Positions 18,286 to 28,390 of a DNA stretch of 64,000 nucleotides are shown here, piece by piece. This DNA comes from Candidatus Omnitrophota bacterium (lineage in GTDB: Bacteria; Omnitrophota; Gorgyraeia; Zapsychrales; Zapsychraceae). The stretch covers positions 8,868 through 72,867 of the forward strand of contig JANQMA010000003.1 in NCBI GenBank assembly GCA_028280285.1, in the 5' to 3' direction. The notes under the pieces were generated by a model. That model saw nothing but the letters and a program-made list of their open reading frames with translations, searched no databases and was not told the DNA's origin. Numbering within the stretch: the first letter of the stretch is position 1; each line of letters starts with the position of its first letter. Position numbers and translations under genes: made by a program.

Positions 18286-18366
18286 TTTGAATTAAGGGGA
18301 CACAATACTTAATTATTTATACCTAATGATATTTATTAATTAAGTATTGTGTCCCCTTAATTCAAA
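18286..18366. repeat. REP-like long palindrome (GGGGACAC family), copy 1
   Basis: ~30-bp perfect arms TTTGAATTAAGGGGACACAATACTTAATTA; same arms at 62910. Confidence 0.9.
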
Positions 18367-18410
18367 TTGGCAATTTCAACCGAAATAGTATAAAATATGG
18401 CGTTCTGTTT

Positions 18411-18486
18411 GTGTAATGTGAACCGTGTAATGTGTAATTTCAGTTGTGCCAAGTTGACTATTACACCTTACACGTTACACTTTACA
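18411..18486. repeat. Heptamer inverted-repeat element, family E (GTGTAAT)
   Basis: GTGTAAT GTGAACC GTGTAAT GTGTAAT / TTACACC TTACACG TTACACT TTACA. Confidence 0.85.
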
Positions 18487-18511
18487 GAGTAAATAAAAAG
18501 GAGAATCTCCC

Positions 18512-18997
18512 ATGGATGAAATACTTGAAATTCTGACCAATGATGCCCGCGTCACTCCTGAGGAAATCGCCGGTCTTACTGGAAAGTCGGTGGCCGCGGT
18601 TAAAAAGGCCATCAAACAGTATGAAAAAGACGGGGTTATTGTTAAGTACAAGACTCTGATTAATCAGGATTTGGCCCGCGATACCAGTAAATTTGTGCGT
18701 GCCCTGATTGAGGTTAGTGTCTCTCCTCAAAAAGATGTGGGGTTCGATAAGATTGCTGAGCGGATCTATAATTTTCCTGAAGTGAAGAGCTGTTATTTGG
18801 TTTCAGGGGCCTATGATTTTCTTGTGGAGGTGGAAGGCGAAAGCATTCATACCGTATCTAATTTCATTGCCTCAAAATTATCGCCTATGGAGAGTGTGCA
18901 GAGCACCTCAACCCATTTTCTTTTGAAAAAATTTAAAGAAGACGGGCAGATTCTGGCTAAAGGATCAGAGGAAAAACGATTAAAAATATCGATTTAA
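18512..18997 (+). CDS. Lrp/AsnC family regulator
   Basis: N-terminal HTH; CYLVSGAYDF. Confidence 0.9.
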   Translation: MDEILEILTNDARVTPEEIAGLTGKSVAAVKKAIKQYEKDGVIVKYKTLINQDLARDTSKFVRALIEVSVSPQKDVGFDKIAERIYNFPEVKSCYLVSGAYDFLVEVEGESIHTVSNFIASKLSPMESVQSTSTHFLLKKFKEDGQILAKGSEEKRLKISI

Positions 18998-19001
18998 TAT
19001 T

Positions 19002-20159
19002 ATGAAATACGAATTATCCAAAAAAGTTGAACAACTCGCTCCCTCGGGGATCAGGGCTTTTTTTGATCTGGTTTTGGGGATGAAGGATGTCATTTCCCTT
19101 GGCGTGGGTGAGCCGGATTTTGTCACGCCCTGGCATGTTAGGGAAAGTGCGATTAATTCCCTTGAGGAAGGCTACACGTCATATACCTCCAATAAAGGCA
19201 TGCCTGAGCTGCGTAAACAAATTGTTAAAACGCTTAAACACAAATACAATTTGACCTATGATTGGGATGAAGAGACATTGATCACTGTTGGTGTCAGCGA
19301 AGGCCTTGATCTTGTAATGCGGGCTATTTTAAATACGGGTGATAAGGTATTGGTTCCTGAGCCGGTCTATGTGTCTTATGGTCCTGTTGTTGAATTGGCA
19401 GGCGGCAAACCGGCTGTTCTTAAGACTGATATTAATAATGGATTTAAATTAACACCGCAGCAGATTGAAAAGGCTTGCGTTAAGGGTGTTAAAGCGATCA
19501 TGATTAATTACCCGTGCAATCCGACGGGGGCATCTTATACAAAAAAAGAGTTGGAAGATATTGCCCGTGTGGTTAAGAAAAAGGGACTTATTGTGATCTC
19601 CGATGAGGTCTACGATGAGCTGACCTATGATTTTGACCATACGCCGTTTGCGAGCCTTAAGGGGATGAAAGATCATGTGGTCTATTTGAATGGATTTTCT
19701 AAAGCTTATGCGATGACGGGTTTTCGTATCGGTTGGGCCTGCGGTCCCCGGAAAATAATTGCAGCGATGACAAAAATACATCAGTACACCATTTTATGTC
19801 CACCGATCACAGGGCAAATGGCTTGTATTGAAGCGATGAAGCATGGACAGCGCAATGTGCAAAATATGAAAAAAGAGTATAACCGCCGACGAAAATATAT
19901 TGTCAAGGCGCTTAATGATATTGGTTTAGATTGTCATATGCCACAAGGAGCATTTTATGTCTTTCCATCAATTAAGAAAACTAAAATGAAATCGATGGAC
20001 TTTGCAACAAAGTTACTTGATGAGCAAAAGGTTGCTTTAGTGCCCGGTGTTGCTTTTGGTCAAGGGTGGGACAACTGTGTGCGCATATCCTATGCCTCTA
20101 GTTATGAAAGCCTTAAGGAAGCGATCAAGAGAATTGATGCTTTTGTAAAAGGAAAATAA
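19002..20159 (+). CDS. Aminotransferase class I/II
   Basis: SLGVGEPDF, NPTG, SDEVY, GFSKAYAMTGFRIG. Confidence 0.95.
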   Translation: MKYELSKKVEQLAPSGIRAFFDLVLGMKDVISLGVGEPDFVTPWHVRESAINSLEEGYTSYTSNKGMPELRKQIVKTLKHKYNLTYDWDEETLITVGVSEGLDLVMRAILNTGDKVLVPEPVYVSYGPVVELAGGKPAVLKTDINNGFKLTPQQIEKACVKGVKAIMINYPCNPTGASYTKKELEDIARVVKKKGLIVISDEVYDELTYDFDHTPFASLKGMKDHVVYLNGFSKAYAMTGFRIGWACGPRKIIAAMTKIHQYTILCPPITGQMACIEAMKHGQRNVQNMKKEYNRRRKYIVKALNDIGLDCHMPQGAFYVFPSIKKTKMKSMDFATKLLDEQKVALVPGVAFGQGWDNCVRISYASSYESLKEAIKRIDAFVKGK

Positions 20160-20161
20160 GT

Positions 20162-20557
20162 ATGGAACGAGTAACTAACGAAGAAGACGAGTTTGAAATT
20201 TCTTTTTATGAAGGAATTATTAAGAATAAACCTGATTTTATAGAGGCGCTCGTTGCACTGGGGGATCTTTATACACGCAATGGCTACTACACCAAAGGAT
20301 TAATTGTTGATCAAAAATTAGAAGTTTTATGCCCGGATGATCCGGTTGTCTTGTATAATTTAGCGTGCAGTTATTCATTGCTTAATAGAATTGATGAATC
20401 ATTGGCTGTCGTTAAAAGAGCGGTTAAAAAAGGATATACTGATTTTCAGCATATGAAGGCTGATACTGATTTAGATAATTTACGTAAAGACAAACGATTT
20501 AAGCAATACTTGACACGTATACAAAAAAAGTTACTGTTAAAAGCAGATGAAGGTTAA
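20162..20557 (+). CDS. TPR protein
   Basis: VLYNLACSYSL...GY.DF..M..D.DL.NLR. Confidence 0.75.
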   Translation: MERVTNEEDEFEISFYEGIIKNKPDFIEALVALGDLYTRNGYYTKGLIVDQKLEVLCPDDPVVLYNLACSYSLLNRIDESLAVVKRAVKKGYTDFQHMKADTDLDNLRKDKRFKQYLTRIQKKLLLKADEG

Positions 20558-20563
20558 AATGTT

Positions 20564-21037
20564 TTGCCTATGACAGATACAAAAAAGCCTCCTAACAAAA
20601 AAGAACTACGTAAATTCGTTCGTCTCAAATGGCAGTATCCTGTCGAGTTTACGATTATAAGCTTCGGCGAGGACTTACCCGGTATAGGCTGGCAGCAGGG
20701 TATGACACAGAATGTCAGCGCGGAAGGAATGAGTCTTGAGGCAGTGGATGTTCACCCTATTACACTTGAATATCTTCAAAAACATGACATCTATTTAAAA
20801 CTACAGTTAAATATTCCTACAACCGAAATGCCGGTTAAAGCGACAGGTGAAGTTGTTTGGCATCATCCAGACAATGAAGGAGGTTTCACGGTCGGTTTAA
20901 GGTTTAAAACCATGGCGGATGAAGATTTAAAGAGAATTCTTCGTCATGCGCATTGGAAAATGTTTGTGCAGAGAATATTTATTTTTATTGGCCTTTTTAT
21001 AGTGGGTCTGGGTGTTTATCTGCTTATCCGACCGTAA
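20564..21037 (+). CDS. PilZ-domain protein with C-terminal TM helix
   Basis: RKFVR and NVSAEG motifs. Confidence 0.75.
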   Translation: MPMTDTKKPPNKKELRKFVRLKWQYPVEFTIISFGEDLPGIGWQQGMTQNVSAEGMSLEAVDVHPITLEYLQKHDIYLKLQLNIPTTEMPVKATGEVVWHHPDNEGGFTVGLRFKTMADEDLKRILRHAHWKMFVQRIFIFIGLFIVGLGVYLLIRP

Positions 21038-21048
21038 AGGCGTTTGTT

Positions 21049-21468
21049 ATGAAATCATTTAAAAAGGAGTTGTGGTTTAATACAGATACACGCCGGGCGT
21101 ATATTAATATTACCGAAGAGGTGCAGGAGACGATCAATGAAAGTGACATTAAAGAGGGTCTCTGTTTGGTAAATGCGATGCATATAAGTGCGAGTGTGTA
21201 CATTAACGATGATGAGCGCGGGCTTTTGCATGATTATGATAAGTGGCTTGAGACGCTTGCGCCGCATGCACCGATAGAACAATATCGTCATAATGATACG
21301 GGAGAAGATAATGCTGATGCGCATTTAAAACGGCAGGTTATGGGCCGGGAGGTTGTTGTGGCCATTACCGAAGGAAAGCTTGACTTTGGACCGTGGGAGC
21401 AAATTTTTTACGGCGAATTTGATGGGCGCCGTAAGAAACGCGTATTAGTTAAAATTATCGGAGAATAG
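21049..21468 (+). CDS. yjbQ: YjbQ/UPF0047 family protein (second paralog)
   Basis: [30 protein letters not shown]; start at MKSFKKEL. Confidence 0.9.
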   Translation: MKSFKKELWFNTDTRRAYINITEEVQETINESDIKEGLCLVNAMHISASVYINDDERGLLHDYDKWLETLAPHAPIEQYRHNDTGEDNADAHLKRQVMGREVVVAITEGKLDFGPWEQIFYGEFDGRRKKRVLVKIIGE

Positions 21469-21469
21469 C

Positions 21470-23209
21470 TTGGCGATTTCTAATCGATTGGCTATTATTA
21501 TCGTTGTGCTCGGCGCGTGCCTTGCATATGGCAATACGCTTTTTAACGGGTTTGTCGGCGATGATAATATGCTCATCGTTAATAACACCGCTTACCGTTC
21601 GTGGGATAATTTCACGCGACTTCTTTTCAAAGATTACATTATCGATATCGATGATATTTTAAATGGGGAGACAAAGTTTCACGGCTCATCCGATGTTTCG
21701 TACAGGCCTGTTAAATCAGCGACCCATTTTATCGATTATGCTTTATGGCAGCTAAATCCACTAGGCTATCATCTCAATAATCTTATCTTGCATGCGGTGA
21801 ATGCTGTTTTAGTGTTTATTTTTCTAAACAGTATTTTTAAAAATCAAAAGATTGCGCTTCTTTCTGCCCTTTTTTTTGCCGTGCATCCTATTCAGTCGGA
21901 GACGGTAAGCTCCATTAACTTCCGGCACAATCTTTTACTTGTTTTCTTTACAATGGCGGCGATGCTAAGCTATGCGGCATCGTTTAAATCCAAAAAGGTA
22001 TTATGGTTGTTTGTATCTTATGTGATGTTTTTTTGTGCCGTTTTTTCGAAAGAGGCGGCGATCATTTTGCCAATTCTCATTATCGGCTACGATGGCATTA
22101 TAAAAGGTAAGTCTGTGGGAGAGATTGCTAAAGGATTTATAGGACGCTATTTTGGTTTTTTTGTCGTTATGGTTTTTTTCTTATATGCGTTTGTGTATGT
22201 CTTTCCTAATGTTGTTTCTGAAAAAGTGGGGCTGTTTGGGGGGGCATGGACGACACATGTAGTTTATTTGGTTCATATTTTTATTTATTATCTTAAGTCT
22301 TTTGTTTTCCCATGGTCCGTTAAAAGTCTACCGCCGCTATTCAATATTGAGGTTGAAACGTTATGGGGTTTAGGTACGTATTTAGGGATTTGTGCTGTAT
22401 TGGCGATGATATGGCTTTATGCATACTATTTTAAACAAAACCGTAAGCTGTGTTTTTTGATTTTTTGGTTTATGGCATCCTACATTGTTGTCTCCAACAT
22501 TGTTCCTTTTGTTAACCCAATTTCTTTCCGTTTTATGTACCTTCCATCGATCGGTGTCTTTGCTATCCTTGCATTTTATATTGATCGAGTGATGGTCAAA
22601 ATCGGTAATAGTAATCTGGGGACCATTGTTCAATTGGTTTTGATTTTTTTTTGTGCCACTTGGGCATGGCCTTTGAATACGGCCTGGAGGAGTGATTATA
22701 CAATGACGCTTAAGATGTATCGTGATTTTCCCCAAAATCCTCGTGCGAATATGTATGCAGGGATGACATACTTTCATTTAAAAGATTATGCGCAAGCGGC
22801 AAGGCTGCTTAATTATGCCCTGGAATTGGGGCTGGAGGATCCCCGCCTGTATCATTATCTTGGCATCATTTATATGGGGGATCCAAAAAGAACCGAACCA
22901 CTTTTTACGGCCTGTGTCAAAAAATTTCCACGCTATGCCACGTGTTATGCCGGGTTGGGCAGGGTCTATTTTCTGGATGGGCTTAACACGCAGGCCATGA
23001 ACCACTTTACCATAAACCGTTCATTGGTGGCCAATTATCCAACCTATGGGTATCTGATTCAGTTGTATCTAATGGCTGAGGATCGGCCAGGTGCTGAGGC
23101 TGCTCTCAAGGAGGCCGAAGGCAGACTGACCGATCAAGACCATGTTGACTCTCTGAAAAAACTTTTTGCCGAAGACCCCGCCCGCTTTCCCATTGATATT
23201 GGATTCTAG
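21470..23209 (+). CDS. TMTC-like membrane glycosyltransferase with TPRs
   Basis: FVGDD, YRP, GYHLNNLILH, FAVHPIQSE, SKE, RFMYLPS, C-terminal TPRs. Confidence 0.8.
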   Translation: MAISNRLAIIIVVLGACLAYGNTLFNGFVGDDNMLIVNNTAYRSWDNFTRLLFKDYIIDIDDILNGETKFHGSSDVSYRPVKSATHFIDYALWQLNPLGYHLNNLILHAVNAVLVFIFLNSIFKNQKIALLSALFFAVHPIQSETVSSINFRHNLLLVFFTMAAMLSYAASFKSKKVLWLFVSYVMFFCAVFSKEAAIILPILIIGYDGIIKGKSVGEIAKGFIGRYFGFFVVMVFFLYAFVYVFPNVVSEKVGLFGGAWTTHVVYLVHIFIYYLKSFVFPWSVKSLPPLFNIEVETLWGLGTYLGICAVLAMIWLYAYYFKQNRKLCFLIFWFMASYIVVSNIVPFVNPISFRFMYLPSIGVFAILAFYIDRVMVKIGNSNLGTIVQLVLIFFCATWAWPLNTAWRSDYTMTLKMYRDFPQNPRANMYAGMTYFHLKDYAQAARLLNYALELGLEDPRLYHYLGIIYMGDPKRTEPLFTACVKKFPRYATCYAGLGRVYFLDGLNTQAMNHFTINRSLVANYPTYGYLIQLYLMAEDRPGAEAALKEAEGRLTDQDHVDSLKKLFAEDPARFPIDIGF

Positions 23210-23235
23210 TCGAAAATCGGGCACCTTTTCAATCC

Positions 23236-23264
23236 TTGACCCTCTTATTTAAACCGTGTAGACT
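23236..23264 (+). promoter_or_regulatory. Sigma70-type promoter
   Basis: TTGACC-17 bp-TAGACT. Confidence 0.55.
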
Positions 23265-23315
23265 AGGTCAATAAATTAAGACTTATATAAGTAATAATAA
23301 TAAAAAGGAGCGAAC

Positions 23316-24218
23316 ATGAGTTTAATCGCGGTTGGGACTGTGGCTATTGATAATTTAATCACACCTTCTGGCGCTAAAAATGACCTTTTAGGTGGATCAG
23401 CGGCACATTTTTCGATGAGCGCCAGGCATTTTACCAAGGTGCATCTGGCTAGTGTTGTCGGGGAGGATTTTCCTCAGAAACATATGACCTTTTTAAAGAA
23501 ACAGGGTGTGGATACAACATCGATCATTGAGCGTGACGGCAAGACATTCCGTTGGGTCGGGGAATTTAAAAAAGGCGACTTTAATCATGCAATCACACAC
23601 GAAACAGAGCTTGGTGTTTTGGAAAATTATGCCCCGCAAGTGGCCTTTGAACAGCGTGATATAGACAATGTGTTTTTAGGCAATTGTGATCCCGATGTGC
23701 AGCATGAATTTTTAAAACTTATGCATAATCCGAAATTTGTCGGGCTTGATTCAATGAATCTGTGGATTGATATTAAACGGCCGAGTTTAAAGAAACTGAT
23801 GAAGGAAGTGAATTTGTTTGTTGTTAATGATGGCGAGGCGCAAATGCTTTCGGAAGAGTCTAATCTGATTAAAGCGGCCAAAATTTTAAGAAAAATGGGG
23901 CCGGAGTTTATTGTAATTAAAAAAGGGGAGAACGGTGTTCTTTTTTACTGTGATAAATTTATGTTTTCGTTCTCGGCGTTTCCGGTGGAAAAAGTCATTG
24001 ATCCGACGGGCGCAGGCGATACATTTGCCGGCGGTCTGATGGGGACACTTGCGAACGCCAAGAAAATTGATGATAAAACAGTACGTGAAGCGGTTGTTAA
24101 TGCCACGACACTGGCTTCATTTAATGTGCAAGGGTTCGGCATGTCGAAAACAGCACCGCTGACAAAGACAGATATTAACGGACGGCGTAAAGAGTATTTA
24201 AAGTTTATAACACCTTAA
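23316..24218 (+). CDS. PfkB family carbohydrate kinase
   Basis: GGSA, DPTGAGDTFAGG. Confidence 0.95.
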   Translation: MSLIAVGTVAIDNLITPSGAKNDLLGGSAAHFSMSARHFTKVHLASVVGEDFPQKHMTFLKKQGVDTTSIIERDGKTFRWVGEFKKGDFNHAITHETELGVLENYAPQVAFEQRDIDNVFLGNCDPDVQHEFLKLMHNPKFVGLDSMNLWIDIKRPSLKKLMKEVNLFVVNDGEAQMLSEESNLIKAAKILRKMGPEFIVIKKGENGVLFYCDKFMFSFSAFPVEKVIDPTGAGDTFAGGLMGTLANAKKIDDKTVREAVVNATTLASFNVQGFGMSKTAPLTKTDINGRRKEYLKFITP

Positions 24219-24296
24219 TAGGGATAGAGGGATTGAGGGTTATAGGGTTAGAGATGACAAAAACACAAACCCTTTAACCCATTATCCCTAAACCCT
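24219..24296. repeat. Octamer inverted-repeat element, family H
   Basis: TAGGGATA GAGGGATT GAGGGTTA TAGGGTTA / CAAACCCT TTAACCCA TTATCCCT AAACCCT. Confidence 0.8.
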
Positions 24297-24307
24297 TTTT
24301 AATTATC

Positions 24308-24580
24308 ATGGAACAAGTCATAAGTACACTGGGACTTATCGGCGGGATTATCTTACCGTTATTTAATATTCCTTTGATTTACCGCATGATTCAACGCAAA
24401 TCATCCGATGATTTGAGTTTGATATGGGTTATTGGTGTGTGGGTATGTATTGTGCTGATGACACCTGCGGGCTTTACATCAAAAGAAGTTGTGTGGCGGA
24501 TCTATAGCTATTTTAATATTACGCTTTTCACATGCGTTATGATCGTGACCCTTAAATACAGGCATTTTAATGGAAAATAA
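24308..24580 (+). CDS. PQ-loop/SemiSWEET-like small membrane protein
   Basis: 3 TM, IP....M..RKSSDDLS. Confidence 0.7.
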   Translation: MEQVISTLGLIGGIILPLFNIPLIYRMIQRKSSDDLSLIWVIGVWVCIVLMTPAGFTSKEVVWRIYSYFNITLFTCVMIVTLKYRHFNGK

Positions 24581-25496
24581 AACAGACAAGTATAAATGCG
24601 GAATGGTTTCGATCGTCGGCCGGCCGAATGTCGGTAAGTCGACGTTGCTTAATGCGATTATTGGCGAGAAGGTAACGATTGTCTCGAAGGTGCCGCAGAC
24701 CACACGCAATCAGGTACGCGGTATTTACAGTGATCAACGCGGCCAGATTATTTTTGTCGATACTCCGGGACTTCATAAGGGGACGGATAATTTGGATAAA
24801 TATATGCATAAAGCATCGACAACAGCTATTCCTGATGCGGATTGCATTATTTATTTAGTCGACACGCAAAGGCGTATTGGTGAAGAGGAAGAAAAAATCG
24901 CGCTTCGTCTAAAAAATCTTAAAGTGCCCGTTATTATGGGACTTAATAAAATGGATAAAAGAAATGGCCTGGTGCCCGAATACATCGACATGTGGGAAGA
25001 TGTGTGCGGCTGCAAGGTTTCGGAAATGGAAAACTTTGTTCTTTTGACTTTGTCGGCCATAAAGGAGACGAATATTGATCGTCTGCTTGATATTGTTTTT
25101 AACTATTTGCCCGAAGGAGAACCGCTTTATCCGACGGATATTATTAGCGACACACCGAAAAAAATGGTAATTGCCGATTTAATACGCGAGAAGCTTTTTC
25201 GCTACATGAAAGACGAGCTGCCGCATTCAATCGGAATAAACATTGATGAAATGACACCGGTGAAAAGTAAAACATTTCTGATCCGTGCAACGATTTATGT
25301 TGAGCATGACAGGCAAAAAGAAATTGTGATTGGCAAGGCAGGGGCCAATTTAAAAAAGATTGGTAAAGAAGCACGTATCGATTTAGAGGATCTTTTGGAA
25401 ACAAAGGTGTTTTTAGATCTTTTTGTTAAGGCGAAAGATAGATGGCGTAGTGATGAGAGCCTTCTTTATGACTTAGGTTATTCTGAAGATCAGTAA
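24570..25496 (+). CDS. era: GTPase Era
   Basis: GRPNVGKST, PQTTRN, DTPG, NKMD, KH domain. Confidence 0.97.
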   Translation: MENKTDKYKCGMVSIVGRPNVGKSTLLNAIIGEKVTIVSKVPQTTRNQVRGIYSDQRGQIIFVDTPGLHKGTDNLDKYMHKASTTAIPDADCIIYLVDTQRRIGEEEEKIALRLKNLKVPVIMGLNKMDKRNGLVPEYIDMWEDVCGCKVSEMENFVLLTLSAIKETNIDRLLDIVFNYLPEGEPLYPTDIISDTPKKMVIADLIREKLFRYMKDELPHSIGINIDEMTPVKSKTFLIRATIYVEHDRQKEIVIGKAGANLKKIGKEARIDLEDLLETKVFLDLFVKAKDRWRSDESLLYDLGYSEDQ

Positions 25497-25502
25497 TAGG
25501 TT

Positions 25503-26174
25503 ATGAAAAGCACGACGGCGAAGCGCATTCAAAGGTTGGACGATATTGCCACTAACCGCTACGGGATCCCATCGGTGTGTTTGATGGAAAACGCCGGACG
25601 TTTGGTTGCTGAAGAAATTATTAAATATTGTGATCGTACGGGAAAGAGTAGTATTTGTGTTGTCTGTGGTGTAGGTAATAATGCCGGTGATGGATTTGTG
25701 ATAGCGCGTTATCTGAAGGAGTCTGATCTCAAAGTTTCGGTTTTGCATGTCGGATCAGCGGGTGATTTAAAGAAAGACGCGCTCATTAATTACACGATCT
25801 TTAAAAAGCTCGGTAATAAGGTTGATTCTTTTAAAAAATTAAATGCGACACATGCTGCAGTTCTTAAAAAGGCTGATGTGATTGTTGATGCCTTGTTTGG
25901 GGTCGGGCTTAACAGAGAAATTGGACCGCCTTTTAAGGAAGTGATTGAGGCAATCAATAAGGCTCAAGGCTATGTCGTTTCTGTTGATGTGCCCTCTGGT
26001 ATTGATGCAACGACAGGAATTATGTACGGTATTGCTGTTAAGGCCAAGAAAACAGTTACGTTTACTCTGGCCAAGGCAGGACTACTCAAAGGATTTGGCA
26101 AAAAATGTGCGGGAACAATTAAGGTTGTTGATATTGGGATACCGAAAGCACTAATTAAAAGGATTTGTGGGTAG
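25503..26174 (+). CDS. nnrE: NAD(P)H-hydrate epimerase (YjeF_N)
   Basis: LMENAG, G.GNNAGDG, VDALFGVG, DVPSG. Confidence 0.92.
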   Translation: MKSTTAKRIQRLDDIATNRYGIPSVCLMENAGRLVAEEIIKYCDRTGKSSICVVCGVGNNAGDGFVIARYLKESDLKVSVLHVGSAGDLKKDALINYTIFKKLGNKVDSFKKLNATHAAVLKKADVIVDALFGVGLNREIGPPFKEVIEAINKAQGYVVSVDVPSGIDATTGIMYGIAVKAKKTVTFTLAKAGLLKGFGKKCAGTIKVVDIGIPKALIKRICG

Positions 26175-26197
26175 AGGGATAAAGGGTTATGGGGTTT
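26169..26197. repeat. Single arm of family H octamer element
   Basis: GGGTAGAG GGATAAAG GGTTATGG GGTT at nnrE stop. Confidence 0.55.
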
Positions 26198-26200
26198 GTC

Positions 26201-26863
26201 ATGGCCGTTAACAATAAAAATATAGACAATGTTGTTAAAATTATCCGCCATGCATTGCGTGATCTGCCTGATCCTTCGGTGACATTGGTGGGAAAGAGGT
26301 GGAAGTCGCCGTTTTTAGTTTTGATCTCGTGCATTATGAGCCTGCGGACCAAGGATGAGACGACACTGCCGGCCAGCGAAAGATTGTTTAAACTGGCTGA
26401 TACGCCGGAAAGTATGCTACAATTGTCGGCAAAGAAAATTGAAAAAGCGATTTTTCCAGTCGGATTTTATAAGACAAAGGCAAAGACAATTCACGGCATT
26501 TGCCGCGATATTATTGATAGATACGGTGGCAAGGTTCCGGACAGTATTGAAGAGTTAACGACCATGAAGGGAGTTGGTCGTAAAACAGCTAACCTGGTTA
26601 TGACCGAAGGCTTCGGCATTCCGGCGATATGTGTTGATACACATGTGCACCGTATATCAAACAGGTTTGGTTATTTGGAAACCAGTGTGCCGGATGAAAC
26701 GGAGATTGTATTAAGAAAGAAATTGCCGAAGAAACATTGGATCGATTACAACGCTTTATTAGTTGTGTGGGGGCAAAATATTTGCCGTCCGATTTCGCCC
26801 AAGTGCTCGCAGTGCGGGGTTAAACGTTATTGCGCGCGCATAGGCGTGGATAAAAGCAGGTAA
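26201..26863 (+). CDS. nth: Endonuclease III
   Basis: GVGRKTAN HhH, VDTHVHR, C..ISPKC..C.....C. Confidence 0.95.
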   Translation: MAVNNKNIDNVVKIIRHALRDLPDPSVTLVGKRWKSPFLVLISCIMSLRTKDETTLPASERLFKLADTPESMLQLSAKKIEKAIFPVGFYKTKAKTIHGICRDIIDRYGGKVPDSIEELTTMKGVGRKTANLVMTEGFGIPAICVDTHVHRISNRFGYLETSVPDETEIVLRKKLPKKHWIDYNALLVVWGQNICRPISPKCSQCGVKRYCARIGVDKSR

Positions 26864-26883
26864 CAAAGGTATTTTAGACATTA

Positions 26884-26958
26884 TTTAAACAATAAACTTC
26901 AAACATTAAACAAACCTATTGCCAAACAGTTTAATGTTTATTGTTTAAAGTTTTAAAA
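26884..26958. repeat. Heptamer inverted-repeat element, family G (WWTAAAC/GTTTAWW), copy 1
   Basis: TTTAAAC AATAAAC TTCAAAC ATTAAAC / GTTTAAT GTTTATT GTTTAAA. Confidence 0.8.
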
Positions 26959-26987
26959 TATTTTTTATTTAATAAAAGTTGAGTAAG

Positions 26988-28274
26988 ATGAGACTATTTA
27001 TCTATCTATCAGAAATGTTAGGCCGTAAGGTTTGCGACAGCAACGGCCGTGTGATAGGGCGATTGACAGATGTGTCGATGCGTCTGGCCGATGAGGTATT
27101 TCCACGCGCCGAGAGTCTCATTATCAGCCGCGGGTTTATCGTCAAACAATATATGTCGGTTGCTATCGAAAGTTTTGAACGTTTGGGTAAGAATTTAAAG
27201 ATCAAAAAGGATGCCGGGCAAGTAAACTTTAAGCCGGAAAAACTTAGAGTTGATTTTTCTCTTTGCCGCGATATTTTGGATCAGCAAGTTGTTGATACGC
27301 ATGACCAGAAGGTTGTACGTGTTAATGACGTTCATCTTTTGCGCGTCGATAATCAAATCTATTTAGCCCATGTTGATGTTGGTTTACGCGGACTTGTCCG
27401 TCGGCTCGGCTGGCAGAAGTTTATTGATGCGATTGTTAAAATGATTGTTCCGGATTCGCCTTATTTAAAGGAAGAGGAACTTATCTCATGGCGTAACTCA
27501 CAGGCACTTACTCTGGGGCGTAATAAAAATGTCCTGCGTTTCAATGAAGCGAAAAGAAAACTGGCGCGCATTCCCCCGACACAGCTGGCCGAAATCATGG
27601 AGGATTTGGATATCTTTGAGAAGCTTTCTTTATTTAAGTCCTTTACCTTTGATCTGCAAAAAAAGGTCTTTACCGATCTTGCCCCTCAAGAAAAAGAAGA
27701 GCTTATTGACCAATTAACAGACAGAGAGGCGGCCGATCTTATTGAAAATATTCCGTCGGATGAGGCGGTAGATTTGTTGGCTGATATTCCTAAAGAAAAA
27801 TCAGCGAAATGGTTGCGTTTAATTCATAGTGCGACATCAAAACAATTACGCAAGCTCCTCGGCTTTGCTCAAGATTCTGCCGGGGGCTTGATGACGACCG
27901 AATACCTTTATCTCAAACGTGATGCGCTCGTTGGAGATGCCATGGCCAAGATTAAAAAATTTGTGGATTATCCCGGTAATATTTTTCATGTGTATATTGT
28001 TGATGATGAGCATAAACTTCTCGGCGCTACATCACTCAGGCGCTTTATTAATGAAGACGATAAAAAGCCACTGATTGAAACATGTTATCCCAAACGAATT
28101 TTTGTCCGCACCGACGATGATGTCGAGGAAATTGCGCTTCTTCTTGAGAAGTATAAATTTTCGTCCATTCCGGTGCTTGATGAGAATGATGTGTTGCAAG
28201 GAGTTATTACGACCGATGACGTTTTAGAAGAGTTGATTTCGCTTGCGTGGACGAAATATAAAGACCAGCTGTAG
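26988..28274 (+). CDS. MgtE intracellular-domain protein (PRC barrel + MgtE_N + CBS pair), no TM domain
   Basis: DQQVVD...KVVRVND, DSAGGLMTTEY, GVITTDDV. Confidence 0.88.
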   Translation: MRLFIYLSEMLGRKVCDSNGRVIGRLTDVSMRLADEVFPRAESLIISRGFIVKQYMSVAIESFERLGKNLKIKKDAGQVNFKPEKLRVDFSLCRDILDQQVVDTHDQKVVRVNDVHLLRVDNQIYLAHVDVGLRGLVRRLGWQKFIDAIVKMIVPDSPYLKEEELISWRNSQALTLGRNKNVLRFNEAKRKLARIPPTQLAEIMEDLDIFEKLSLFKSFTFDLQKKVFTDLAPQEKEELIDQLTDREAADLIENIPSDEAVDLLADIPKEKSAKWLRLIHSATSKQLRKLLGFAQDSAGGLMTTEYLYLKRDALVGDAMAKIKKFVDYPGNIFHVYIVDDEHKLLGATSLRRFINEDDKKPLIETCYPKRIFVRTDDDVEEIALLLEKYKFSSIPVLDENDVLQGVITTDDVLEELISLAWTKYKDQL

Positions 28275-28292
28275 GAAGGATAGGTAAAGAAG

Positions 28293-28366
28293 TAAAACAT
28301 TAAACTTTAAACATCAAACAGACTTATCGTCAAACAGTTTAATGTTTATTGTTTAAAGTTTTTAAA
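28293..28366. repeat. Family G element, copy 2
   Basis: 32 bp at 28331-28362 identical to 26923-26954. Confidence 0.85.
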
Positions 28367-28390
28367 TACATTTGCTGCCTTCTATTTACT

